From Ascidiella aspersa (Eukaryota), in the NCBI GenBank assembly GCA_963924565.1, contig OZ004611.1:23808001-23872000 (forward strand): a stretch of DNA of 64,000 nucleotides, written 5' to 3'. Both the position numbers and the translations under genes were made by a program. Of this stretch, positions 34,601 to 46,652 are shown in pieces. The notes under the pieces are model-generated. The model searched no databases, was not told the DNA's origin, and worked only from the letters and a program-made list of their open reading frames with translations. Position 1 is the first letter of the stretch; every line of letters starts with the position of its first letter.

Positions 34601-37600
34601 GCACACTGTTTGGAATCGTTGCATTATATACATATATTATATATTCCATTTAAATTTCTTTGATTTTTTGCAGAAAACAATCTATGCCATGCATATCTTG
34701 ATGTCCATTCTAAGCTTTATTGAGCTTGTGGTTGCTATTGCCCATTCTGCATATTCCTGTGCAGGTGGATGTTGTGCCACAACCCAGGGCCATGTGATGG
34801 TAAATATATTGCGTGCATCCTGTTTGCAAACTGTTTCTCTTTATAAAAAATAGTTCATGATTTTGTTATGAACAGTTCCACTGAACTGCCATTTCTCCAG
34901 GTTTGCCTTTTGTAAGTTTTTATTCGAAATTATTTTATATTCAGCCGAAAGTGCTCAGAAAGTGTAAAAAATTCTGTGCTCAGAAAGTGTAAAAGTTTTA
35001 CTATATATATATATATATGTAATTGTGTTGACCATAATATTTTATACTGTTTTGTTTTTCAATAACATTAAAATAAGGTCAATTGATCCATTTTTAGATC
35101 TTTGCACAACTAGAAATTTTTTTTGCAATTTCTTTGAATGTCTTTAACATTTTTAAACTGCATGACATTCCTGTTTCTAATATGAAGCAATTTGTATTGT
35201 AGGACAGAAACATGGTATAAAAACCTATTCTCCATGTCAGCTATTGAGCTTATGTTAATACAAGTTTAAGAAGCACAAAATGGTTTAAAGTCCTTAAAAT
35301 GTTGATTTTATCAATATATTGGTTTTTCTTACAGACTTCAAGTAGTAGAAACTATATAGAATATTTTTATTTTTCACCATTTTCTAACGTGATTGACCTT
35401 TTTACCTTATATATTGATTAAAACCTTCGCCAGGGATGGGACTGTCCTTGGTTGTTGATAGTTGTATTTGCCTTATTCAAAAACTAAGAACTAATAGAAG
35501 CCAAAATGTGAAATTTTATTAAAACTTTTATTTTCAGCCTCCTATGCAGACAGTTGTCACCACCACTCACTACCCAAACCAGATGCAAGTTACCGCCATT
35601 CCAGGACAACAGCAGCAGATGTATGGTAGGTTAAGCTGTCAGTTGTATGCTAGTCCACTACAAGTGTAAATATTACATTACACATCACATTATTGGCACA
35701 CTAGCGGCGATCCATTTAATCTACCATAGAGCATTATGTATAGTCATAAATATGTTTATGTGTGATCACAAATTATTGGATTCACACAAATTCAGGCAAT
35801 TGCATTGGTCATATATATCACAAGACTGTAAACTCTAACTTTGCATAGTAACACAGTGCAACTGTACAACATAACAAAAACAAATGAACACATTTATTAA
35901 TTATGCATATTATCTATGGTTGGCACTGGCCTATAAGTTAACTAGTTATGAATTATTGATGCTTTGATTTACTATGACGCCTAACATTTTTTTATGAAAA
36001 ACATTACTAACAAAACCAAATTGCTAAAAACTTAATTAAACAAATCATGGATAATTTTCTTTAGTCGGCAAAGTTGGCCAATTTATTTATTTTTTACCAG
36101 AGTACAGTTAACATTAAATTGTTATTGGTTCACCCTATAAAGTCAAATTTAGTGTTTACCCGTTCAATCAATTCGGAGTAAATCTCCAAAAACTTTTCTA
36201 AACAAAGAAATTTCTGTTATATTTGAATATGTCCAAAAGGCTTTTAGTTCTCTAAACCGATGACTGCAATTCTAAAATAAGATTTTTGCATGATTACTCA
36301 AATGGAGTCATTGCTTTATTTCGCAAGAGTTGTGTAAGTACTGCTTTTTGCACTGACGTTATTATCCAATGTTGACTGAATTTAAAAAAAGTTCCCAAGG
36401 TTAAGTTTTTGGTTTTAGGTGCTGTTCACCTGATAGTGTTGAAAATTTAAATGTTCAATGTTAACTGTTTTTCACCAAACAACCATTCCAATGCCTCACT
36501 ACTCAGCCTTTGTGCGAAATGAACGTGTGTACTGTTTAATTCATTTTTTTTGTTTGGCCTTACAGGTTTGAATTACCAGCTATGTTTGTATAACACAGTC
36601 TTCTCAAGTTTTTTTGTATTCCTCCTTTACAATCCCAAACACTTATGAATTCCTTCCCAGAAAAAACACGGAAGTATTCTACCTTTTATTATTTATTACT
36701 TTGATGTGCCGTGCTAACAGAAAATCAAACCTACAGGAAAGAGTCGACAGGATTAAAAAAAATATATATATGTAAAACTGCAATAGACACATCTGCACCA
36801 AAAGTGAAGACTCGTTGCAAAATTTGGATGCACTATTCTCTGAAAGTTGTATTTGTTTAAACGTATGACGTGTATAAGAATTTTATACCTATGTAACAAT
36901 GACTACATTGGTGTATGTTTCTTCAACGGCTGTAACCGTGAAAAAACAAAATACATAAATAATATGTAACTGTGAAGAAACAATACGCTTAGATTACCGG
37001 CCTTATAGGCTTTTTACAATACTAATCATTACAGTTAAATAATTTTTTCATTACATATAACCAATTAAACAACTTCTTTTTTAATCCGTTTTTCCTTCCC
37101 AATTCCTCCCTGGAACAAATTTCCGTTTAGATCAGTGGTTCCCAACATTTTTTAGTCACAGATCTTTAAAAAAAGTGTCAACCTTACGGCCTGTAACTTA
37201 AAACTAAACACATCAAATTGTGTAAAAAAGTAATCACAAATCAATTAAAAGACTCAAAAACTTTGTAGCAACCTTTCTGATTGATGTTAATTATTTTTTT
37301 TTTACCCTCCATAATAATTGGTCCTGTCTAAAGATAAAAGTATGATCTGTTGCTAATGTGTTGCATAAAATTAGGTTCACTGTGACATCATAATACAGGC
37401 GAGACTTATAATCCCCCCCACACTTGGAAACCTCTGCATTTGAGATAATGGTACTTAGATTGCAAACAAAAAATACCAAAGGGATGTATGATCTGCAGCC
37501 TTTGGACAACATAACAATAAAATTGCTGGCCGAATTTGTCCTAAAATCTAGCCAGGAATACAAAAATATTCAGGTGAAAAACAAAACAACTGGAGATAAT

Positions 37601-40483
37601 TGTTTCGTCAAAAGAAGTGAGAAATACTTCTTGAATTACTGATACAGATAACTATTTTTTCTTGTCTCCGAATGCAGCCGGCCCAACATGTTGCTTTTCT
37701 AACTGGTTTCCTTATTTTATCTTTTGGTTCCAGTTTTTTAAACGCTTTTCCTTTATACTTTTCAGCAGTGAACCAAGGGTATGTCGTTGGCCAACAACAG
37801 TATGTTCAACAACAGCAGCAGTTTGTGGCCCAGCCCCAGCAACAATATGCCCCCCAATCCCAGCCCCAGCAACAATTTGCTCCCCAAGCTCCGCCCCAGC
37901 AAAACATGGTCAGTTGCCTTCTTGTATGTGTTCAATGTTGGAATATGATTATGTTTTTATACAGCCACTTCAATTATTTTAACACAAATTGTTCTTTAGC
38001 AGGTTTCATACCTGTGTTTAATGAACATTTTTCTATAAAAACTTCATATTTTTTAATGTGTCAAATGTTGGAATACAATTATCTTACTTCACTTTAACTT
38101 CGCTTATTTAAACACAAAGTATTTTTAACAGGTGTTAGGGAAAAATGTAACCTGTTTTTAAATTAACATGGTTCTTGAAAAAAAATCATGTCATATTTGT
38201 AAATAACATGTTATAGGACTATGCTTAGAAAGCATGCATTTACTGTTTTAAATCAGTGTACTGCACCATTTCAGGTTTTGTTGCTATGTGTTCAGTTGTA
38301 CAGTTTGCTTCATAAAAGCGATAAATAATTTATTTAAAAGATGTACAAAACGTTTATAGGAGAACAAAATACAAACCCAACTGTTATGTCATGTCAGCAA
38401 TTTGTTTTAAGTTAGTACTCCTCAGTGTTAGTTTTTATGGAGCGGTTTGTTCAGATTAAAGTACCAACAGGTTTAGATTAGTTGAAAAGGTCCTATTTCT
38501 TTCTTTAGTAAATTCAGGTTTGTAATAACTTTTGCGGATTAGTTAGTCTTAACAACAGACTTTTATAGAATGATACATAATGCAATATATGGTTCATTAC
38601 TCATTAGTATAGTTCCTATTGATTTGCCAGTTTTCATTCAGTTAAACAGCCCGGTGTTTCAAGTACGCTCCAAGAAGGGAGTACAGTTACAATAAAAAAA
38701 TTAGACGAGACAGTGACTTCAATAACAGATCAGACGCACAAAGGCGCATACTGAGGTAAGTCATAGCAATGAAACTAGTGAGAACGCATTGTTTAACGCG
38801 AATTTCCTAGTGTCAATAGCAACCCTTATTATTGTGGTTTCTTTGTGACTATCACAAAGGAGCAATCCGGGGGGAACACTGTTCCCATTATAAATCAAAA
38901 ATGTCACCTGCTTTCATACAGCGTCATTACGGTGTATATTTCGTCACGGCGTGCTGTTGACTCAACATACCAGTATCCAACGAACTTTTTGCAGCCATCA
39001 GCATGCCAAGAAAATTGAAAAAAAAAACGCAACTCATTTTTTACAAAACAAAGTTGCTTTAAAAAATTATTCTGTAAATTTCAATGCCAAGACAAGATAC
39101 AGCTATATACCATTAAACCAATTACCAGTTGTCTAATCTAATGGACAGTTAAGTCACGTGGTTTCCTACAATGCCATCTGTTACATAAATAGGAGTATAG
39201 GGTTGTCGATGTACACTGTATATGGTTTCCTTGTATAACACAGTGCTGTTTTATTTCGCAGAACGCTCCCGTGTACTCCAACGATTACCCGCCACAGTAC
39301 ACGGTAAGTGATTTTGCAGAAGCTTTTCTTTATTTACAAACGCGCGTTTTGAGTTCCGCATTCCGAACAAAGTCAAGTTATGTGATGGGGGCAATATCTG
39401 TTTCGGTAATACTTGCTGAACGCTAGACCCAATATTTTTGGCATATGCGAGTGCGACACTGTTTGGTGATATGCCCTGCTGTTTAGCATGAAAAATTGCT
39501 TTGGGATTTCCTTTTTGGTGGGTTGACGCACTGAGCGTAGTTTGACATCAGCATGAGTTTCTATTTTTTTTCAGTCGGAACCTTGTATTCTCCATGGCAC
39601 AGCTTTGCCTAGCGATTGGCGCAATCACCTGATTGACCCACACTTTTCGCATTGCGATGTATCACACATGCTTATTACCGTTCTGCCTACAGGGCCGCAT
39701 ATATGACGTAGAGTTTGTCATTATAGCGCGTGATTAACAACTGCGTCAATTTGCGTATGGTTATAGTAGGTTGTTTCCGACCACTGTTGTGTGGTGTAAT
39801 TTGGATGTTCCCTGCGTCAGGCTTTGATACACCTCACTTGCCATTTGACTGTGTACACCATACACTGTACTCTCTGGCTGTACATCTCGTTTTTTTTTTG
39901 TTTTTTTTTTAGGGATTTTTTATTTCTACTTTTTCACATTGCATAACAGTTTTGGTCGTTTTATGAAAACATAGCTTGGTGTTTTTTTTATTTCTCTGAC
40001 ATTTTCGTACCTTTGACGACTTTTTTCGTATTTTAACCGGGCATGTTATGAATTAGGACGTCGTTAAAAAAATAGAGAAAAAAATTAAAACTATACAGGG
40101 TTGCCACATAATCTAAATCTTTAAAAGTCTTAATCTTTGAATTTATTTTAAGTGCTGCTTAAATTCTTAAGTTAAATGTTGAAACCGTGATAAAACCAGT
40201 TTTTCAATTATTTGTTATTCTGTTAAACATTGTATTTATACACTGTTTTTTTTTTAGTTTGATTTTTTTGTCATAAAATTGTGTGACGACGCTCTAATAT
40301 CACCACCTTTTTAACATTTGTGTAGAAAACCAATTGAAATAATTACAGGCAACGCAAGTTTTGGTGACTTTTTGAAGTTTGTTTTTCAACAAAACACGAG
40401 ACATTTGATTTTCAAAAATATCTTTGTGCCCGTTGGCCCTAATACACAACTTTTATTTTTTTGTTTTTTAGGAAAAAGCATAG
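31605..40483 (+). CDS. MS4A/CD20-like four-transmembrane protein with Q/P-rich C-terminal tail, about 273 aa
   Basis: Exons 31605-31706, 32561-32713, 32803-32859, 34218-34316, 34674-34799, 35538-35625, 37766-37908, 39262-39303, 40472-40483 (last exon EKA* less certain). Four hydrophobic helices: LGIIQVVVGALSIIF, AGIWCGVLAIIAGVLGIA, ITASVIMTVFAAIAAG, ILMSILSFIELVVAIAHSAYSC. Probable 5' UTR exon at about 30864-30891. Confidence 0.8.
33068..33653. mobile_element. hAT-like non-autonomous element
   Basis: Right TIR GGTTGCCGACCCCTG; left TIR degenerate. TSD ATTTAAAG at 33060-33067 and 33654-33661. Homologous to 29553-30482. Confidence 0.7.
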
Positions 40484-42476
40484 AGTGGATTGCAGAAGAC
40501 AATGCCTTGAAATGGAAAAGCTATGTTGTACATACAAGTTTCAGTTCCGTTGTGTCGTGTGTGTCTCTTTTGCTTTACCATAGGCATGCACTCTTCTTTG
40601 TAGATCAACCTTGTAAAGAACAATTAATAATAGACATCTTTTTAAAAAAAAATAAGTTTCTCTTAATTTTCTGTTGTATACATTTAAACATTCATTTCTT
40701 GTAAAATGGCTTTGTCATGCAATATCTAAAGGCGATTTTAACATTTCTTTTTCTGTATAGGATTGAACGTCTTATCTGTTCCAAGTTTTTCATTTCGTAT
40801 GCACTTCGTGTCTGTTTTCTGTGACTGTTTTTGTTTTGAAACTGTGTTTCTTATTCTGTCAACTGACTTTTTTTATGTTTTAGAATGCCTGTTTAATTTT
40901 TCACTCACTAGTTTTGTTTTAAAAAATGATTGCCTTTTAACTTAATTATAGTTGGCGTTAAGCTATAGTCTATTCAATACCAATCCATTCTCTTGCGAAA
41001 ATCATGTTTTCATTCTTGCCTTTCAAACAAAAAAACGCCGCAGTAGTAAACCGCTCAACATCTACTTTTCATTGCTTTACTGTGTTTGATATTTGAATTT
41101 CTTAGCAGTGTGTAGTATCCTTTTTCAAGAGCTATGTTGTTAAAATGTTGATACATCATTTATATTGCATAGAGTTATATTTACCTTTTACTGAAGCTCA
41201 TAGCATGTCCCTTACTCTGTTTCATATAAAACTAAAATTACACAAAATTATTTTCTATTCAAGCCAGTCATACCATCAGCAAGTTTTACCTGTTACATAA
41301 CACAAAAATAGATTATTTTCTTGCCTATTTCTTTATTGACAAAGTCAGTGCCTTATTTGCCCAGCAATGCTTACTTTTTGTTACGACCCCGTTCTTATGC
41401 AGCTCGAAGTGTTAATTGAATGCTAACATAATCGCCTAAAAAATATAGATGTAAATTAATTCCCTTGAAAAGTTACCAGTCCTGAGAATTTAGCTCTCTG
41501 TGCTTGCCGTAGCTCCCATTTTCTCTTTTCTCTTACATTTTATACTGGCAAATTAAGTTTTCTTCACTTTCCTTGCTTCTCGCACTGCTTGTACCGCTTT
41601 TTACTAAAATGTAAATAAAGCGTAATAGTTAAATTACCCGTTTGGTTTAAGCAGCCCAAAAAGACTACCAAGTACAAATCATATTTTTTTTATCCCAAGG
41701 CAATGCGATTTCGTATTAAAATCAAAATCGGGTTCGCTTCTTTTTATAGTATACTGCAGACCGGTAATAGTTCACTGCAGTGGTTCTTAAACCTTTACTC
41801 GCGACTCGGCGGAGTCGATTAATTGTGCTGGAGTCGAACTCGGATCTCGAATAAGAGTGTAGAACTATCGTACCTCGACGTGCGCATGCGCAGTATTACA
41901 TTTCGAAGTTGATAAGGCCGTAAACTGAATGGTATAGGCGGAATAGCATATGGTGGATATCTTCCAACCATGTATTGTGAGTAGATGAATTATGTGACAC
42001 GCTTATGAGTGGATTAATCAAAATCCACATTATGTTTTACATAAATGGGTCAAATACATGCTGTAGAGTCGGAGCCGGACTAGACGAAATCGCACATTTG
42101 CCCGTAGTCGGATTCGGGTTAATTTTAAGCGACTCTTCAGCAGTGGTTTTAACTTTTTTTTGCGACGCCCTTCAAGAAGATAAATTGCTTGATTGGTCAC
42201 GCACTAATTGATGATAATTTTATTTGACAATTTATTTTGCACCAAATTAAAATTAGTTATTCGTTTGTTTTAGAAAATCAACTTCAATTGCTACATTTTT
42301 TCGTAATAATAAATTTTGCATGATCGGGGTATAATGCTATCGGTAAGCATTATTTTATTACCGCAATCGAGTTTACACGAAAGAAATGCTTTTGCGACGG
42401 CCTCGGGTAATTAAAATGACTCGCCGGGGCATCGCGTCGTAAATTTTGACAAGTTTTACTTTAAAGTTAGTTAAAC

Positions 42477-43329
42477 CAGGGGTTGGCAACCTTTTTTGCA
42501 ATACGGACCGGTTTCAAACCGGAATTTTGTCGCGGACCGGCCTTGGAAAAACAACAAATTTTCAGTAAGACATTAATTACAACTTTTTTAATGCGAACTT
42601 TAAGCATTTTTTGCCGCAAAGAGATGCTCCCATCTAGGAATAATTAATTTAACTTAAACCCGCGGGGCGAAACCCAGCCCGGCAAGCAATTTAACCCAGC
42701 CCGCAGTTCAGTTCAATAAAGGCCTTGGGCCGTAACGTTTTTTTTTTAATTACACTTGCATACCATTATTAACAATTCCTGTTTTTACCAGCTTGTCAAA
42801 AGTATTTCAAATACCATTTTTGACCAGGCTCTACACGACACTTTCAATAGTTACGTAATGGCTAGTAAAACTAAAAAACTTGAAAAAATAATGGCAATAT
42901 GAAAATGTAAGTCAAAGACCAATACCTGTAAAGTAGAGAATAGACATACGTACAAGGTTTGCCAGATTGGCTTTTTTCTGTTTTTTTGTATAAGTGTAAG
43001 TGACTAGGAGTTAGATCTTGTAATAAAATATGCTTTTTTGTATGTTGCAAGCATGCTATGTAACTCATATCGCTGCAGCACACTAGTTGTTTTGAACGAG
43101 AGCTTGATACTAATTGTGATCTTTCATCATACCAATTATTCAATTAACCATGGAGTATGTTTAAACAGAAGGGAATGTGTTTTAAATCTAAAAATACATT
43201 TAATTTTTTTTGACTTTTTTCCAGGTTTTTACGTATGGCTAGAGTTCTGGTTTAAATCAAAATTTTAATCTGGCCTGCTACGGACCGGGCAACATAGGCT
43301 ACTCGCGGATCCGAAGTTACCGACCACTG
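42477..43329. mobile_element. hAT-like non-autonomous element
   Basis: TIRs CAGGGGTTGGCAAC / GTTACCGACCACTG. Near-TSD AGTTAAAC / GTTTAAAC. CGGACCGG subterminal motifs. Confidence 0.7.
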
Positions 43330-43752
43330 GTTTAAACGAGTTTGAAATGTTTTTTTGTCATTAAACTTTAAATTTGCATTGCATGCAACAATACAAGTGA
43401 GCTAGGCTAATGCAATTCAAATATCTAAAATGAAATATATAATACATATTCGACACTTAGTAAAGTTGTTTCGGGAACTCCATGAATGGGAACTAAGTTA
43501 TTTAAAAGTGACTTGTTTGAACACTGGTAAATCTAAGTGACCTTGTAACCTCATCCAAAAACATTTTTATTTTCTTGCTACGGTAAATTACGATGAGCGT
43601 TCTGTCGAATTTTATGACGGCCAGCTTTTATGACGCTTTGTGAACGTGGATGCGGGACTGTCCGTAAAGTATGGCTATTGTGCAGGTGTGTTTTACAATC
43701 CTCGGTTTGTACACAAGCGAAGCTTGATGTAACATCTGTGGACTTGTGCCTG

Positions 43753-44215
43753 CAGGGCCGCGGAGTCGGTTAAAAATAACCCGAGTTCAAGTCCCGAGCC
43801 CGACTCCGGCCATTAAAATGAACCTGAGTCTGACTCCGGCCATTAAAATGAACCTGAGTCTGACTCCGGCCATTAAAATGAACCCGAGTCTGACTCCGGC
43901 CAAATCTGCAATTTCGTCGAGCACCGAATCAGACTTACAACTCTACAGCATGTATTTCAGGATTTTACGTAACTCAATTAATATGGGCTTTCAGCAATCC
44001 CCGCATAAGGATGTCATATAATTAATTTACTCACAATGCATGGTTGAAATTATTCCACCATTTGCTATTACACTTTTACGAGTATTAGTTGTCGGCAATA
44101 TCAATTTTAAAATTAGGAACTGCGCATGCGAACGTCGGACTCGGGACTCGGGTATTTGTACATTTTGCGAGCTACTGTGACTAACCTTTGCAGCTACAAA
44201 CCTTGCAAAGCACGG
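43753..44215. mobile_element. GGAGTCGG/CGACTCC-type MITE with internal 30-bp tandem repeat
   Basis: Begins CAGGGCCGCGGAGTCGG. GACTCCGGCCATTAAAATGAACC(T/C)GAGTCT occurs three times at about 43802-43900. Related copies lie at about 41790-42140 and 12223-12430 in the opposite orientation. Confidence 0.6.
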
Positions 44216-46652
44216 CCTATGCAACTTTAAATTTTAAGTGCAGACATTTATCCGCATTTTGCGCTTGCAGAATCAAAGCTTGCAGTTTAAGAATGTTAAA
44301 ATTTCCGACTGACGTCCGATTGTGTTTTTTTTTAAAGACAGAAAATGCCGCAAAATAAAATTGTATTAAGGTCTTTACACATAAACAAAATAACGATGAC
44401 CATTTTTATGAAATATTTCAAACCATTGAGGAAAAACCTTTGAGGAAAAACCATTGAGGAAAGTCACCATATTTTCAATTCGATGAATAGTTTGTCAAGT
44501 GTGAAAAAAGAGTTAATTTACCTGCTCTTTTGTCCATTAGTCTTAAGTTTGCTCTCGCGTTCTTAAATTGCATGTTTTGTTAGAAGATTTGGCAGTGTAA
44601 CTGTCTTTAAAAATAAGTAAAATACAAATTGTTTTAAAGAAAGGTTCGAAATCTTAACCAGTTTGCTTAAGTTTTTTTTTTAATTTGTGGATATTTTACA
44701 TATACGAGTGAGTGGACTTGTAATCGACTAGCAAAAACAGGATGTTGATGGTTTCTGTTTACATAAAGAAATATTCGATTGTTACGTAAGGTTTATTCGA
44801 TTGTTACGCAATAGTAGCGCGGATCAAACCTGTAATTATGAAACAATGCACAAAATTCGGGAGGTGCCATATGCTATGATGGTTTAGAACGGTGTTTTTG
44901 CCAGACTGACTTTCCCTTTAAAACGACAATTACTGTGAACAAAGAATCCCGATCAAATATTGTTTGGCGAATTTTACGTCGTTCTTTTTAGAAGGCACCT
45001 ATCGTCTTTTATGAAAATCCTTTGATAAGTGTGTAAACTTTATGGGCGGCAAATCAATAGTTTTTCTGTTATTCAATAAGCGACATTAAGAATTTGCCAC
45101 CTAAGCACGCATTTGTTCCAGAATAAGTTTGAGATTTTTTTAGTCAAAAAATAAATTGAAATTTCATAGAGGTTTTCGTTTCCATTAAATTACGAGCAAA
45201 AAAGGTTATACAACAGACAGAATGAAGCCTTTTGGCAACTTGACTTTATCAAATTTCATGTTAAAGGTGTAGTTGATATTTAATAACATTTTTTTATTTA
45301 TATTTTAATAACAGTTCGTCACTTTGATGCGAACACATTTATAGCGCTGCCACGTGGCTAATTTTAGGCAGTAGTGTATTGTTTGTTCCTATAAAATTCT
45401 AAGTTTTATTTTTCCTCAAAACCGCTTAGGAGGTTACCCCTGCTGTGTTGCTAAAATAAAATAATGGATATACAACTTTATTCAGTAAAATGCTTTATGC
45501 ATGCGCTGATCGAAAAGCATTTTCCTGTATTTGGTAAACAAATTTTAGTCGAACATTTCGCTGTTTTCTAGAAAGTCACAGTTTCGCAAATTTGTTTCCA
45601 TAATTTATGTCCAAAAGACATCCAGAGCCTATGCTCACTGAGATAATGATTTTAACGGCAAGTCGTACATTTTCTAATCTGAATATTTGTTTATGCGAAA
45701 TGCGTTCAACAATCTTTGCTTGTTAAGAACAAGTAAAATTACAACGTTTGTCCGTATCCAAAAACATTTATTTAGTCTTGATCCGAAAATAGGCTCGAAA
45801 ATCCGTACCTAAGTAACAACCATAGTTATGCCCTGTTAAAATGTATCGGCGCCATAGATAAAGTAATTGTATAGATGACCTTTCGATATTATGGGTGGTA
45901 TCGGCGCCGATTTTAAATAAAGGTGTTCATTTTAGCTTTGGATTGCGGTAATTAACACAGCGTTTTCAACATAAAAGTAAATTGCAGTAAAATAAAATTC
46001 GATAAATAACTAAAACTTGTTTTTCCCTACGGCCAAAACATTACGATGTCATTTGGTATTTAGATATTTTATATATAGTTTACGGTATGAAACACAAAGT
46101 ATCCACACCCCTACAGTTACAACACAATGTAATGCTTTATAATACAGTTATAATACAGAAGTCCAAAGATTTGTATTGTCTCAGCCCCGGCAATTAACTC
46201 TACAAAGAACAAAACCACATCTGGACCGCAGTAATCGACCGTCTTTTGTTGATTAATTGCAGCGGTCCATTCCCCCTTGACCAGCCAACAGCCCGCGGGC
46301 GCCGTGCGAAGAAAAAAGTTCGCGATGTGAGAAAACGAAAATCCGCCTCGAACTGGGAACAAATAACGGAGGATCCAAGCCGAAAAATCACATTTCGATT
46401 GAGAGTCGTCAAGCAAACATCTTGCGCAAAAGGTAAACCAAGTTGTGTTCTTGCTTTAGAGATTACGAGAGTTTATATTTTAGCATCAAAGACTTTCATT
46501 ATTACGTTTAGAATCGTTTTCAGATTTGCTAACTATACGTATTGCCGAGACGTTAGTCTGATTAGTCAAAATTGATTCTACATTGTGAACGAAATATTAC
46601 TAATACGGGGGTGTTGCTTTTATGTAACCAGCGTGTTTAATTTCAGAACAAA

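Noticed and set aside
40318-40945. Hydrophobic ORFs downstream of the MS4A-like gene
   Set aside because: T-rich intron and 3' UTR sequence gives spurious Phe/Leu-rich translations.
43746-44021. 91-aa ORF with TPAIKMNLSL repeats; also superficially CRISPR-like
   Set aside because: It is a 30-bp head-to-tail tandem repeat inside a MITE, with no unique spacers and no cas genes, in eukaryotic DNA.
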